Assembly: GCF_009914755.1 (NCBI RefSeq) | Contig: NC_060929.1 | Strand: one strand, 5' to 3' | DNA from: the human T2T-CHM13v2.0 reference genome, Homo sapiens | Length of the DNA: 64,000 nucleotides | In this document: piece after piece, positions 17,692 through 31,146 of the stretch | Layout of the letters: every line of letters begins with the position of its first letter | Position numbering within the stretch: position 1 is the stretch's first letter | Notes under the pieces: generated by a model | What the model was told of the DNA's origin: nothing | Databases searched by the model: none | Seen by the model: the letters and a program-made list of their open reading frames with translations, nothing else | Position numbers and translations under genes: made by a program

Positions 17692-17725
<34 letters not shown>
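17692..17725. repeat. (GT)n microsatellite, ~17 units
   Basis: Read directly. Confidence 0.97.
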
Positions 17726-17726
<1 letters not shown>

Positions 17727-17831
17727 TATTGTAAATGGGATTGGGTTCTTTATTTGGTTCTCAGCTTGAACGTTGTTGGTGTTTAGAAATGCTACTGATT
17801 TTTGTATGTTGATTTTGTATCTTGAAACTTT

Positions 17832-18119
17832 TTGTTGGTTTTTTGAGACAGAATCTCACTCTGTTGCCCAGGCTGGAGTGCAGTGGTGTGATCTTGGCTC
17901 ACGGCAGCCTCTACCTCCTGGGTTCAAGCAATTCTCATGTTTTAGCCTCCTGAGTAGTCGGGATTACAGATGTGGCACCTGGCTAATTTTTTTTGTATTT
18001 TTAGTAGAGATGATTTCGCCATGTTGGCCAGTCTGGTCTGTAACTCCTGACCTCAAGTGATCTACTTGCCTTGGCCTCCCAAAGTTCGGGATTACAGGCG
18101 TGAGCCACCACACCCAGTC
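17832..18119 (-). mobile_element. Alu (S-type)
   Basis: Reverse dimer; perfect TSD TGTATCTTGAAACTTT (17816-17831 / 18120-18135). Confidence 0.92.
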
Positions 18120-19123
18120 TGTATCTTGAAACTTTACTCAAGTTAGTTATCAGGTTTAGGAGTCATTTAGGATTTGTAACTGCCCAGTTGTTTTAGCTAC
18201 ACTTCTTCCTGTAGAATTCCCATGTCTGTTTTCACAGCTTTAAAAAAAAAATCATTACATAGAGGAAGGTAAATTAGTGTTTTTATTTGTTTATTTAAAG
18301 TTTTATTTTGTCTTGGATATATGTAATTTTGATATATTTTATATGTATTCAAACATGATATTGAGACCTTGGGAATAACACCTATGTTTTAAATGAAAAA
18401 GACTTTTTGATAGGTCTCACTTTAAAGAAAATAAGTCCTTATAATTTTTTTTACCATTTCATTACTTGAGACTATGTATGAGGAATGCATAGAAATAATT
18501 TTACCTTATATTTAAAACCACTTTGTACTCTTTCAGTACTTTACTCAGACATTTGTCTTTTATCCTTCTCAAAACCCTACGAAGGTTAGACTGTGTCCGT
18601 TCTTCCATATTTTCTCTATTTGAAATTTTTAACTTCTCTTCTGCACCAAACACACATACCATTGACACTCAGCTCTCTAATGTTACTAAATCCCTTTTCC
18701 AGTTTTCCTCCTCCTTAACCTCTGTAGCTTTCTACACCACAGATGGCTCCTCTGCTAAGACTTTGCAATGATGTTCTAATTCTCTTGACTCTCTGGCTAT
18801 TCTTTCTCCTCCATTTCTTCATCCAGTTCATAAATTAAGGTCTTAAATGTAATCGGCTCTTTGTGCTATGCAGTCATTTTCTTTGGGAATTTCATCTTCC
18901 CTTATTATTTCAGTTTCTTCTCTACCTAGATGACCTAGAATCTTGGAATTGGAAAAGATAATGCATTGCATAAACCTTTAGTTGCATCTTCAATTGGTCA
19001 TTTTCATCTCCAGTTGTTGATTGATGTCATCTTCTCGCAGTAATGCCTCATAAACTCTTCAGTTTCTTAGTGATAGATGTTCCTTTTGAACGTTCTGAGT
19101 AATATTCAAGAAGCATTTATTAA

Positions 19124-19368
19124 GACCACATATTGTATAGATTCCATTATTGTGAAATGTATAAAATGGGCAAATATATAGAGACAGAAAATGTGTTACA
19201 GCTTGCCTGTGGCTTATGGGTGGGGTGGGGAGTGAGGGTAATGAAAGTATTCTAAAATTAGGTTGTGTAGATATTATAGTCACAACTCTATGAATATACT
19301 AAAAATCATTGAATTGTACACTTTAAAGGGTAAAATGCATAGTATACAGATTTTATCTTAATGAAGCT
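19124..19368 (+). mobile_element. Old L1 (L1M) extreme 3' fragment
   Basis: CACAACTCTATGAATATACTAAAAATCATTGAATTGTACACTTTAAA. Confidence 0.75.
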
Positions 19369-19420
19369 TTTTTTTTTTGAAGAAACACTTATTGAATACC
19401 TACTAATGAGATGGCACTAA

Positions 19421-19921
<501 letters not shown>

Positions 19922-20769
19922 ACTTCCATTACTTTTTAATTCACTTTCTTAGATACCTTTTTAGTATCTTTTCCATTTCCAACCTCAGCTAATCCAGAAA
20001 TTCTTTTTACAGGTTACTTATATTCCCTCATCCTTCTCGCAGTCCATTTAATATATAATTCCTATATTAACCTTAAAAAAACCCCAACAAATTGGCACTC
20101 TGCAGATTTTTGACGTGGATCTGGGATTGGGAACGGCATTTTGGTGGCAGTGCGAAGAAGGGCTACATTCAGAAACACCAGCATTGCTAAGGTTGTAAAA
20201 ACACACTACATGCCATAAAGCCATCAAATGGGCCTTAATAACCTAATGATGAAATCACTTTTATTTTGCTCAGCCATACTCTGGGCCCTATGCAGAACAC
20301 TTCACCAGTATTATGCCATTTTGTCCTCTCGGAGAATCACAGATTGGGATTATAGTGGTGGTGGGAAGAAGGGCTAATGGTGACGTCTCACAGCTCCATG
20401 ATTCACACTTTCTATTCTTGTCAGACTGTACTGCTCGGTTTCTTCAAATACATCATGTACATTCCTTTGTTCCAGATTTTGTTTATATGATGTTTTTTAA
20501 TCCGTGCATTAATTCGTCTTCTCTGCTATTTGAAGACCTACTAGTATTCTTTCAAGACCCAGCTCCGATCTTGCTGTGTCTCCCAGAATGTTTTTTGTTG
20601 CCTTGTATCTTAGGGACCATGTCATTCTCTGTTTTCTTGGGGAAACTTAACTGTCTATATTGCTTACTGTGGCACCTGGGCATAAGCCAGTTTTTATGCC
20701 TTATGGTGCATGTATTCTGGGTACGCAGCTGTTAAGCACCCCCCGCGTGAACAAGTCTTTTAGCATTGG

Positions 20770-21125
20770 AATTAGATGAGAAGAGCAAGAGTTTTGCTTT
20801 GGAACCATACAACTCAGGTTGAAATTTTGACAGCTTCACTTACAGCTCTGTGACCTGAGACAGACTTCTGTAACCACTCAGGTTTGGTGTCCTCAACTGT
20901 ACTCCAAGCTGCGTGAGAGTGGAGACCTGTTCTGTATGCTTTCAGGTTGTAATTCTCACATCTGGAACAGTGACATGCAGTGATTGGCATGTGATAGGCA
21001 CTCAGATATTTGTTGAATAAAAGAAGGAATGGGAAGAGTAACCACTTTCATAGGGTTGGTGTGAGGATTAAATGAAACAGTGAATGTAAACTGCATAGAA
21101 TAGGGCCTTCTCAGTTAATAGTTTT
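20770..21125 (+). mobile_element. MIR interrupted by an L2 3' fragment
   Basis: MIR-like AGCTCTGTGACCT and CATAGGGTTGGTGTGAGGATTAAATGA flank an L2 end, TAGGCACTCAGATATTTGTTGAATAAA. Confidence 0.6.
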
Positions 21126-21199
21126 CCTTTCTGATCTTGACCTTTTTATCATTTTATATTCAGGGTCTGGTTTAGTGTCTACTTTTGTTTAGTAGATGC

Positions 21200-21559
21200 C
21201 TTTATCAGTCAGCATGCTATCAGAAACAGAAAGAATGAAAAGGTTAATTGCGGGGAATTGGCTGGTGAGGTCAGTCTGATATCAAGAGGGCAGGCCGGAA
21301 CTCTCAGGCAGAAGTTGAAACTCTGGTCCACAAGTGGGATTTCTTCTTCCTCAGAGGAACTCCAGTTGTGTTCTTAAGGCCTTTCAACAGATTGGATGGG
21401 GCATACCCAGATAATCTAGAACACTCTTCTTAAAGTCAACTGAAGGCAGATGCCGATTACATCTACAAAATACCTTCACAGCGGCACCTAGGTTAGTGTT
21501 TGATTGAATAATTGGAGACTGCGGCCTAGCCAAATTAACATGTAACACTGACCATCACA
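21200..21559 (-). mobile_element. MLT2-type (ERVL) solo LTR
   Basis: CTTAAAGTCAACTGA...CATCTACAAAATACCTTCACAGC...CCTAGCCAAATTAACA...ACCATCACA. Confidence 0.75.
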
Positions 21560-21679
21560 GCACCATTCTTTGGAGAATTCCTTTATTATTTCACATGTAT
21601 TATTGAGGGTGTTTTATAGAAGTAGAAATGTAATACATTTTGAGTATAGTAGAGGGTTTTGTGGTGTGTGGCAGTTTTC

Positions 21680-22750
21680 ACTCATTTGTTAAACAGCTGT
21701 TATTGAGCATATATTACGTGCCAGGCACTGGGCTGTGCATGAGCTCAGAGAGATCACCTGTTGGTGAGGAAGAGAAATAAATTGGTGGGCCCCCCAATTC
21801 AGTTATTTAATGGCCATGATAGAGGTAAGTATAGGGAGCAGAGGGACACCTATCAGGTTTTGGAGGTCTTTTTAAGTATTGCCTCAGCTGAGATATAATG
21901 ATGGCTGCTCATCATTATAGTTATCTAAGCAAAAGAATAAGGGACAGGGAAGAGGATAAGAGGGATAAGGAGGTACCAGAGAGTGGGGATACCACGTTCA
22001 CATCTAGTTGTAGGAAATAACATGGCAAATTCAGGGAATTAAATGTAGCTCAGAATGGATGGGAGATAAAACATGGTGTGTGAGCTGGGGCTAGGAGAAT
22101 TGTAGGTTGTTGGTATTGGAAGATGAAATTGAACACGTAAGTATAGTTTTATCCTACAGGGTCTTGTTAAGAAGTTTAAATCTTCTCCAAAAAGTGGTAG
22201 TGAGCCATAGAAGAGTTTTAAGGAGGAGAGTAATTGAATTGATTAGATTTGAATTTTAGAAGCATTTATTCTGAAATACATTTGGGATTTGCGGGGCCGA
22301 GCAGTCGTACTTGGAAACACTTAGGAGACGGGCTAGGAAGCTGATTAGTAATGATGGTGGCCTGAACTGAGGAAATGTGAAGAAAATGTAGTCAAGAGAA
22401 AACGAGCAGGTAAGGATTAATCCAACTGGGCCTGGAAGTAGGGGACAAGATAAGACTCAAGGATGACACCCAGGTTTTTAGATGATGGACCATTCAAGAA
22501 GAGAGTACAAGAAAAATGGTTTGGGGATCAAGATGTTTTCCACGTTGACCTTGAATTTGGGGAGTTTAAATTAACTGGTGGGGCATTAAAATATAAATAT
22601 TGAGTAGGCTTTTGTATATATGAGTTAGGAGCAAGGGAAGAACTTTAGGCTGGATTTCTAGACTGGAAAGTATTGACTTGTTGAAGTAAATGAAGCCTAG
22701 AAAGTGTATGGAGTCAGAAGAGGGCTTTGGGGAGAATACTCACAACAATT
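21680..22750 (-). mobile_element. L2 LINE (degenerate)
   Basis: Reverse L2 end TTATTGAGCA...GTGCCAGGCACTG; internal CTCAAGGATGACACCCAGGTTT. Confidence 0.65.
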
Positions 22751-24396
22751 AAGACTCTGCTGTGGGTGAAGTATAAAGGGAACTTTAACCATCACTGGCA
22801 GTGGTTGAGGAATGTGTGGCACAGATGATCAATAGAGCCAGGGTGTGGAGGAAGTGTTTATTCTGTAGCTGTTCTATAATGAACTACTCTGTGCACACTC
22901 TGAATACTTTGACCAGCAGTTTTTTTCCTTTCCATTTTCCAGGTATACAGTTTTTCAGGATCCACCACACAAAGGAAAAGTTATAGAATGGTGCTCATAT
23001 GCCAGGCATTGAAAAGAAATATGACTTTCTCGAATAAAAGTATTGATATGGATATCATGCAGCATACTCTAATATTTTGTTGTTGTTGTTGTTTTTACCT
23101 CATAGTTAAAGAAGTTACCAGAACTTCTGTTTATATGTGTTCACAAGTTCCTAAACTTCTCTGGGTCTCAGATTCTTTATCTGTGAAATAAGGAGTTTAG
23201 ATGAGATGATTTTCTGTATGATTTTATGAAGTACGATAGGGATACTATAAGCTAAAATATAATTTGCACCAGCTTTCATATTTTAATAGCAGGCATTTCT
23301 CTTGCTGTAATAGAAATTAAGATCCAATTTTAAAAACCTAATTTTTCCTTTTTAATTTTCTGTTTCACACTTGGTCAAAACTGGCAGTTTAATGACAAAA
23401 AATCCTTTGCAGGTATGTAGCAGTATTTATAACCACTAGGGGTCATGCTTTTCAAGAACAGTTAATGCCCTCTAACCGTAATCTGTGCACGGTTTTGACT
23501 CTAGAATTGTTGGGTTTTATTAAGCTGTTCTTCTCTTAAGGTAAATGTGCTCTGTCCTATATATTCATCCTAATTGAAGTGAATAGGATTTTGGTAATTT
23601 CGTTGGCTTTCTGTTGTCTTGCATAACTGAAGTGGGTCATCATTGGTGCTGCAGGGCCCAGTATGAGATTGTGCTGTTTGTTTCCCCCACAGTGTTGTTT
23701 TATACTCCACATTTCAAATATTGAAAGAATATATGTCTCCTATACATCTGCATGGAGAAGGGTCTAGTTTAGTCCTTATCTTTCACAAATAGATTTCTTG
23801 TTTTCTTTCAGATTATTTCCAAATGGTGTTTTTACAAAAGCTCCTCTTTCTATTAGAACTATCAGAAAGAATTGAGTAATGGTTTTGGGCCAAGCAGGGA
23901 GTTGTTATAAATGTGTCAAATAACAGTAAATGAATGCATCACAGGAGACTATGGATCAGGGAATCCAAAACTTTTCCCTTCTGTTAATTGGTATGGCTAG
24001 AATAACTTAATATGGAAGTAATTAATAGATGATATATCATTTGTATTCCTTTTGGGACCTGATTTTGAATGATTATCACTTCCATGAAATTTGTTCATAG
24101 ACTGTCATGTTCACATTAAGTAGTTTTTAATAGTGAATTTTTTGCATTTTGAAAGAATTTTAGAAAAAAGTTATTTTACCTCTTTAAAAAACAAGTTTTC
24201 TGAAGTGTTTCAAATCTTGTTTATTTACTACAGTATATATTCTGCAGATACTCATTTTTGTGGGAGCGCTGAATTGGGTCTATGATACAGAACACTGTGA
24301 TTAAGTCTCATTAGTTGGTGTTTTATGGTAAATGCTTTGTGAAGATATCCTATTATATATAAAGTGATAGTTTTCTTAGGTGAAAAGTGACTCTTA

Positions 24397-24620
24397 CAGT
24401 TATCCCTCTATATGCAGGGGATTGGTTTCAGAACCCACACATCCATATACCAAATCTATGCATACTCAAGTCTTGGAGTCAGCCCTGCAGAACCCATGTA
24501 TACAAAAAGCCTTCTGTGTACTTGGGTTTTACATCCCATGAATACTGTATTTTCTATGTGAGTTTGGTTGGAAAAAAATCACATATTATAAGTGGACCTG
24601 CCCAGTTCAAGGATTATCAT
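24397..24620 (+). mobile_element. MER8-like TcMar-Tigger DNA transposon fossil
   Basis: TA|CAGTTATCCCTC...GGGGATTGGTTTCAG...AAGTGGACCTGCCCAGTTCAA. Confidence 0.75.
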
Positions 24621-25179
24621 CTATACTTTCTTGAAAATATTGTTATCATTCACCTCTCCCCCTTGTCTCTTCCACTTTGTAACTTTATTTATGACCTAGG
24701 ATAGAAAGCTGATAATTCCACTGTACTATTTTTCTATAGTCACAAATAGGCATGCTACTTCTCTCTCAGAACCATTCAGCACTGTCGTCTTTGCTGACTA
24801 GGAATCAATTCTGGATGGTTCACATTGTCTATTAAAATAGTCATCCAGTTACTTGTCACCTTCTTCTAAGGGACACAGATAGAGTAATACTTTTGAATTC
24901 CTAGAAAAAAATGGCACTCTTGAGCAGATTGTTTATATTCTGTCCTCGGCTGATACTCTTAGTATATTCACCAAAAAAAAAAAAACTTTACCCCCAATTT
25001 TAATTTTGTTACCTTTTTCAATAAGTACTAAGCTAGCTACTTAATAGATCCCAAATCTAGGTTACTATAACTAAATTATTATTATCTTAGGCATCTTCAA
25101 ATTTGGTAGATTTCGTAGATTGGTGAGTATTTATAATGCTGTTCATGTGGCACTTTCATCTAAGTCATCTTTATATGCA

Positions 25180-25385
25180 TATTTTTATCAGCTTTATTGA
25201 AATATAATTCACATACAATTCACCCATTTAAAATATACGGTTTAGACTGTGCATGGTGGTTCACACCTGTAATTCTAGCACTTTGGGAGGGTTTGGGGGG
25301 CCGAGGCAAGAAGATGACTTGAGGCGAGGAGTTTGAGATCAGCCTGGGCAACATAATGAGACTACCCTCCAACCCCTTACAAGAC

Positions 25386-25417
<32 letters not shown>

Positions 25418-26340
25418 ACAGCCCAGGCATGGTGGTGTGAGTTTATTGTCCTAGCTGTTGGAGAGACTGAGGTGGGAGGATCACTTGAACCCAGGAGTTT
25501 GAGGCTGCAGTGAGCTATGATTGCATACCACTACACTCCAGCCTGGGCTACTGAGTGAGACCTTGTCTCTAAAAAATACAAAATAATTTAAAAAAACCTA
25601 AAGTATACAATTTAATGGCTTTTGGTGTATTGTATTTGTTTTAATTGTGGCAAAATATGTATAACATAAACTTTGACATTTTAATTACATTTAGGTATAC
25701 AATTCAGTGGCATCAATTACATTCACAGTGTTGTACAACCATTACTAATGTCTATTTCCAGAACTTTGCATCACCCCAAACAGAAACTCTAATCATTAAG
25801 CAATAATTTTATTCCTCCCTATTCTCAGCCTCTGGCAGCCTCTAATTTGCTATGAATTGCCTATTTTAGATATTTCATATAAATGGAGTTATACAATATT
25901 TTCCTTTTGTACTTGGCTTCTTTCATTACCATAATGTTTTCAAGGTTCATCCGTGTTGCAGCATGTATCAGAAATGCATTCATTTTTAAGACTGAATAAT
26001 ATTCCATTGTATCTGTATACTACATTGTTTATCTGTTGATGGGCATTTGAGATTTTCCCACCTTTTGGCTATTGTGAATAGTGCTGCCGTGAACATTGGT
26101 GTACAGTTATCTGTTTGAGTCTTTGCTTTTACCTCTCTTGTGTACATATATACCCAATGTGGAATTCCTATGTAGTCTTATAGTAATTCTATGTTTAGGT
26201 TTTTGAGGCACCTCCAAACTCTTTTCTGGAAGGACTGTATCATTTTACATTCCCACCAGCACTTTCTCTACATCCTTGCCAACACTTGTGATTTTCCGTT
26301 TTTCTCATTCCAACCATCCTAGCAGGTGTGAAGTAGTTGT
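25180..26340 (-). mobile_element. Old L1 (L1MB-like) 3' end with a nested AluJ
   Basis: CAGCTTTATTGAAATATAATTCACATAC...; CAAGGTTCATCCGTGTTGCAGCATGTATCAG. Confidence 0.75.
25244..25598 (+). mobile_element. AluJ with a long central poly(A) (25389-25416)
   Basis: GAGGCTGCAGTGAGCTATGATTG J diagnostics. Confidence 0.85.
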
Positions 26341-27721
26341 ATACTTTAAAAACATTTAACCTCTGAGGTGACTGCAAACTAAGCATTTTACTTTGTAACA
26401 CAGGTATAGTCTCCTTAAGCCATATTGCACTTATTTGGTACCTTCTAAAAATTATTATTAATGAGGACAATTTTGGAACATTTAATCCTCAGCAGGTAGT
26501 AATAATAATTATTCAGTGGCTTCTACTGCAGATTACTAAGCTGTGTCTTTTAGGGGGTGTAACAATGAGTAGAATTAGTTCTTGCCCTTAGGCAAGTAAA
26601 AGCATGTAGGATATAATACAAAATGGACAGAAACCCTGTAAAAGAAAAAGTACATACATGCTCCCCAAAATGTACAAAGGATTGGCGGTACTCTCAATAG
26701 GGAAAGCCATAGCTAGTTCAGGCACAAAATGGCAGACAGAGCATTATTTGAGATAGTGCTTAAAGGGTGCGTGAGATTTCGACATGGTGAAACTAGACTG
26801 GCAATTCAAGGGGTTACAAAAGGGATATCTGACCCATCTGTGGGCAGGAGGGTTCATAGAGGGTTTCCAGAAATTTCAAACTGAAAATATTAGGCTTAGA
26901 CGTCCATACTTTTTTAAAAACTCAAAACAAGAATTTAAAAAATATATTTAAAAAACTCATTTGTTTTTATTTTCCCAGCTTTTATAAAAGTTGAAATAAT
27001 TTTGGCATGACAGGGATCTTAATAAAAGCACAGTTTCTTGAAATGGTATTCTATATGTTTTAATGAAGACATATGTTTGGGTTATTTAAATAAAGTGCCA
27101 TTATTCTTTACTTCCCACACGATACAGTTTTTCTGTGTCATATACCACCACAGCATGTATTGTCTCTGAAGCTGCATTAAGGAGGCAGGACTCCTTTATG
27201 GAGCCGCATCTACATTTTGGCTGTGACACTTTGGCAGATACTTAAAAATTAATTTAACTTATGTTAGTGTAACTCATTTATATACATTCTGATTTGATCT
27301 TTAGGAAAACTCAGAGGAGCAGATAGTGTAACAAATATTCTTTTTTTATGGGAAGCAGACTTGAAGTTTTGAGTGGTGGCCAGCCAGCTAGAAAGTAGTG
27401 GAATTAGTATATACCAAATTTAATGCCTTTTCTGTGATTTTCCTAGAACTAAATATTATTTTAGGAGTAATGCAGTTCTCATAAGTAGAAAAGATAGTAT
27501 TTAAGTTGTTTAATTTTTTTTTTGAATTCTCTAGGCTATTCTGCATTTATGGAATTTTCCACTAGGTAATATGCATTCAGGTCACATACACAGTGAGATT
27601 TTCTAAAGTGACAGTACAGATAAAAAGGCTGTGCAACTTGGTGATAATTGTGCTCCATTTAAGCAACCATCAACTGGTGCATTTTTTTAAAGATAAATTA
27701 GATTTTATCAAAATTGAAATA

Positions 27722-27880
27722 TTTTTTCTTTTTGATACTTTAAGTTCTGGGATACATGTGCAGAACATGCAGGTTTGTTATGGGTATACATGTGCCATGG
27801 TGGTTTGCTGCACCCATCAACCCATTATCTACATTAGGTATTTCTCCTAACGCTATGCCTCCCCTTGCCCCCCACCCCCA
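27722..27880 (-). mobile_element. Short L1PA (PA7/8-like) 3' end
   Basis: ATACTTTAAGTTCTGGGATACATGTGCAGAAC...CATCAACCCA. Confidence 0.8.
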
Positions 27881-28939
27881 AGTTGTGTAATTTTTTTAAA
27901 AAAATTATAGTACTTGGTGTCAAAACCTTGTCCCTGATATCAGCAGTATGAATTATCAATAGATACCATCTGAAACCCTGGAGGGAAGTAATAAGCTTTT
28001 AAAGATGTTCATCCTGATGATTAGCCTGTCATCTTTCATGGGGCCCTGAAATCAAGAATCCACCCTTTTTCACATGGATATAATGGATTTAATACAGTAT
28101 TTAGCATTATGCACTGTATATATATGTGGTCTTTTCCCTCTAGGTGGCTCTCTGGGTCTATATAGATACAAACTATTGAGAAATGTGGCTATTCCTACCT
28201 TTATTTTGCTTCTGTGTTCTGTGGGACTGTGAATTACATTTTAGTAAACTGTGAAGCCCATGAACACATAGTATCAGCTGCTCAATTTAGTGCAAGTTTG
28301 AAAAAGGAAATAATAAAGCAAATAAGAATTAACATTTATTTATTACATGCTCACAAACTTGGGGGAAGAGGGGAAGAGACAGACAAGTGAATCCAATTGC
28401 ATTGCTCTGGTTTGGTCTAGTAAGTAAAGAAGGTTGATAAGATTTCTATAATACACTTCATTTTCTAGGATCCAATCATTTGTACTCACTTTGAGATAAG
28501 TGTCTGGAACATAGGAGTAGTGATTTATCTATATCTTTAATTTTCCATAGAAAACTTGGTTTTAAAAGGGAATAAAAATAATTACTTTTATACTTAACGA
28601 TAGTGCTAAGGTACTAGGGGAAAGGAATCTTTGGATTTACCAGTATATGTATTTGTGAGTGCTCTTTTTCTTCCTGACCATTTGACACTTTGATCTGTAG
28701 TAATATGGCGTTTGCTTTTACCACTGTATCAGAAGCACTCAGGGCTGTCTGGGTTATTTTTGTCTTGTACCGTGATAGATTTTCATGCATTAACTTGCTT
28801 TCTTGATAGTTTTTCTGACAGCTTTTCATGTGTTAACATGCTTTCTTCTCTTGGCATCAGTGAGAAGTATCTGTATCTGGTTCTTCCCTTTCCTCTCCCA
28901 GTCATTCTTTCTTCTTGTGGATGCCTCTTAAATAGTGTC

Positions 28940-29235
28940 TTTTTAAAACAATTTCAAGTTTTATTTTAGATTCAGGGGATACATGTGCAGGTTTGTTACA
29001 AGGGTATATTATGTGATACTGAGGTTTGGGGGACAGTTGAGCCTGTCATCCAGGTAGTGAGCATAGTACCCAATTGGTAGTTTTTCAACTCTTCTCCCCC
29101 TCCCACCTTCCCCTATCTTTTAAGTCCCCAATATCTATCGTTGCCATCTTTATGTCCATGTATACCCAATGTTTAGCTCCCACTTAAAAGTGAGAACATG
29201 TGATATTTGGTTTTCTGTTTCTGCATTAATTAGGT
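28940..29235 (-). mobile_element. Older L1PA 3' end fragment
   Basis: TTTTAGATTCAGGGGATACATGTGCAGGTTTGTTACA...GCTCCCACTTAAAAGTGAGAACATG. Confidence 0.8.
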
Positions 29236-29321
29236 TATATACTTGATTTTATTCTCTTTCTACTCTGGGTTCTCCATAGACAGTTTCATAAATGCCAAGG
29301 TTTCAGCTATCATTTATATGT

Positions 29322-29788
29322 TGTTTTAGTCCCTTTGGGCTGCTATAACAAAAATACCATAGATTGGGTAGCTTAAACAACAGATAATGATTTCTCATAG
29401 TTCTAGAGGCTGAGAAGTCCAAGATAAGAAAGACACTGACAAATTCAGTATCTCAGGGGGGCCAGCTTCCTGGTTCATAGACAGTTTCTGTGTCCTTTTG
29501 TGATGGAAGGTTGTCAGAGAGATCTCTGGAGTCTCTTTAAAAAAAAAAAAAAGTTCTTTTTGGAGACGTATATTGCCCAGGTTGGAGTGGAAGGCTGGGA
29601 CCATAGGTGTGTGCCACCACACTGGGCCTTGGGGGTCTCTTTTATAAGGGCATTTATTCCATTAATGCAAGCTTCACCTTCATGGCAAAATCACCCCCGA
29701 AAAGGCCTGCCTGCTAATACCATCATATTGGTGGTTGGGATTTTAACATAAGAATTTTGGGGGGAACACAAACATTCAGTCCATAACA
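29322..29788 (-). mobile_element. MLT1A-type MaLR solo LTR with a small Alu-derived insert
   Basis: TG...CA ends; 5-bp TSD TATGT/TATGC; GCTGCTATAACAAAAATACCATAGA and ACAAACATTCAGTCCATAACA. Confidence 0.8.
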
Positions 29789-30981
29789 TATGCCATTGGT
29801 TTCCAAGTCCATGTCTTTAGCCCATTCCTCTCCCAAGCTTTGAACCAAACCTTTACCTGCCTGCTGTGGCAGGCCTAGAGTAGGTTGTCAGTAGACTTGG
29901 AATGAATGAACAAATGTTTAGAACTTATCATCTGCCTTCTCCCCAAACCAGCCTATCCTCTCTTTTCTCTGTCTTCTTGAAACTACTTTCCCAAATGCAA
30001 GCTTGCTTTGAGAATCTTTGACTCATTCTTTTTCTTACCTCACAGTTACCAGTTCCTATCCAGGTTTGGAAAAAATACTGACTTGGATGCATTGGCCCTT
30101 CCCTAAGCCTGCTTTGATTGCATTCCAGTCAAGCTTCTAATTTAGATCCAGTCACAGTGCAGTGTAATTACCAGTATCTTTCTGTCCCCACTCTGCGAAG
30201 TTTGTGGGCATATAATTAATAAATGTTTGTTATTTCCTTCTTCAAATTTGTGTTAAAATAAGTGGCTGATGTTATGTATTGATGGACTCATAGTTTAATT
30301 ATGCAGGTTTTAAGACATATACTGATAGAAAATTTTTGAACCCTACTCCTGAAAATAAATTCCAAGATTTGAGTGATTAATCAGTATGGAGAAACAATTC
30401 CCAGAAGTGTTTCTTTGTGCATTCTTTAGGACTTGACCATAAACAAAAAGTTAAATTGTATACAGAGTGCATAGCGGCAATATGTTGAAGGACATAAGTA
30501 GTGCTTGGTACATTAAATGATAAAATGATCTCATTTGATTATAACAGGGCCTGTGGTGTATATGTAGATAAAATGGAAATAGATAAGGTACTGTTCTCTC
30601 TGAATAGTCTGGGGTAATAAATTAATGTATTGTTTCTTGTTATTATGTTTAAACCATTTCATTGTAATGCTGTAATAATTTCACTTGACTAATTGGGTGC
30701 AGAGGAAAATACAACTTTTTGAAGTTGGCTAAGAAGTTCTTTATTTTTGGTTTAAATTAGCATAATTATCTCTTCTGCTTGGAGAAGAAAAGGAAAACCT
30801 ATATTAAGAAAATGTTTAAATACAATTATTGTGTGTCAGTTTGGTGGCTAATATTCTTGATCTTAGGAATCATGACTACAATCTAGTATTTTTATGTTTG
30901 ATTAATGTTGAGATTAAGAGCTGCTGGAAATGAATGCGTAGGTTGCTACTTACCTTCTCCCACTTTTTTGTGCCTCTGTAG

Positions 30982-31146
30982 GTACATGGACTATATCGCA
31001 CAACAGGTGCTAGTTTTGAGAAGGCCCAACAGGAGTTTGCAACAGGTGTGATGTCCAACAAAACTGTCCAGACCGCAGCTGCAAATGCAGCTTCAACTGC
31101 AGCATCTAGTGCAGCTCAGAATGCTTTCAAGGGTAACCAGATTTAA
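30982..31146 (+). CDS. SCAMP1: SCAMP1 last exon, coding part (C-terminal cytoplasmic tail)
   Basis: TGTAG|G acceptor; [54 protein letters not shown] then TAA at 31144-31146; contains the [16 protein letters not shown] motif. Confidence 0.96.
   Translation, partial: VHGLYRTTGASFEKAQQEFATGVMSNKTVQTAAANAASTAASSAAQNAFKGNQI

Larger units (their letters stand above)
15265..18170 (-). mobile_element. 5'-truncated older L1PA (L1PA15/16-like) with three nested Alus and a (TG)n
   Basis: Reverse L1PA 3' UTR (ACATGTGCAGGTTTGTTACATGG...) and ORF2 remnants (track ORF 16598..16912, [17 protein letters not shown]). Confidence 0.85.

Noticed and set aside
23430-23448. CTCF-like CCACTAGGGGTCA
   Set aside because: Only a partial motif match; cannot be supported without ChIP data.
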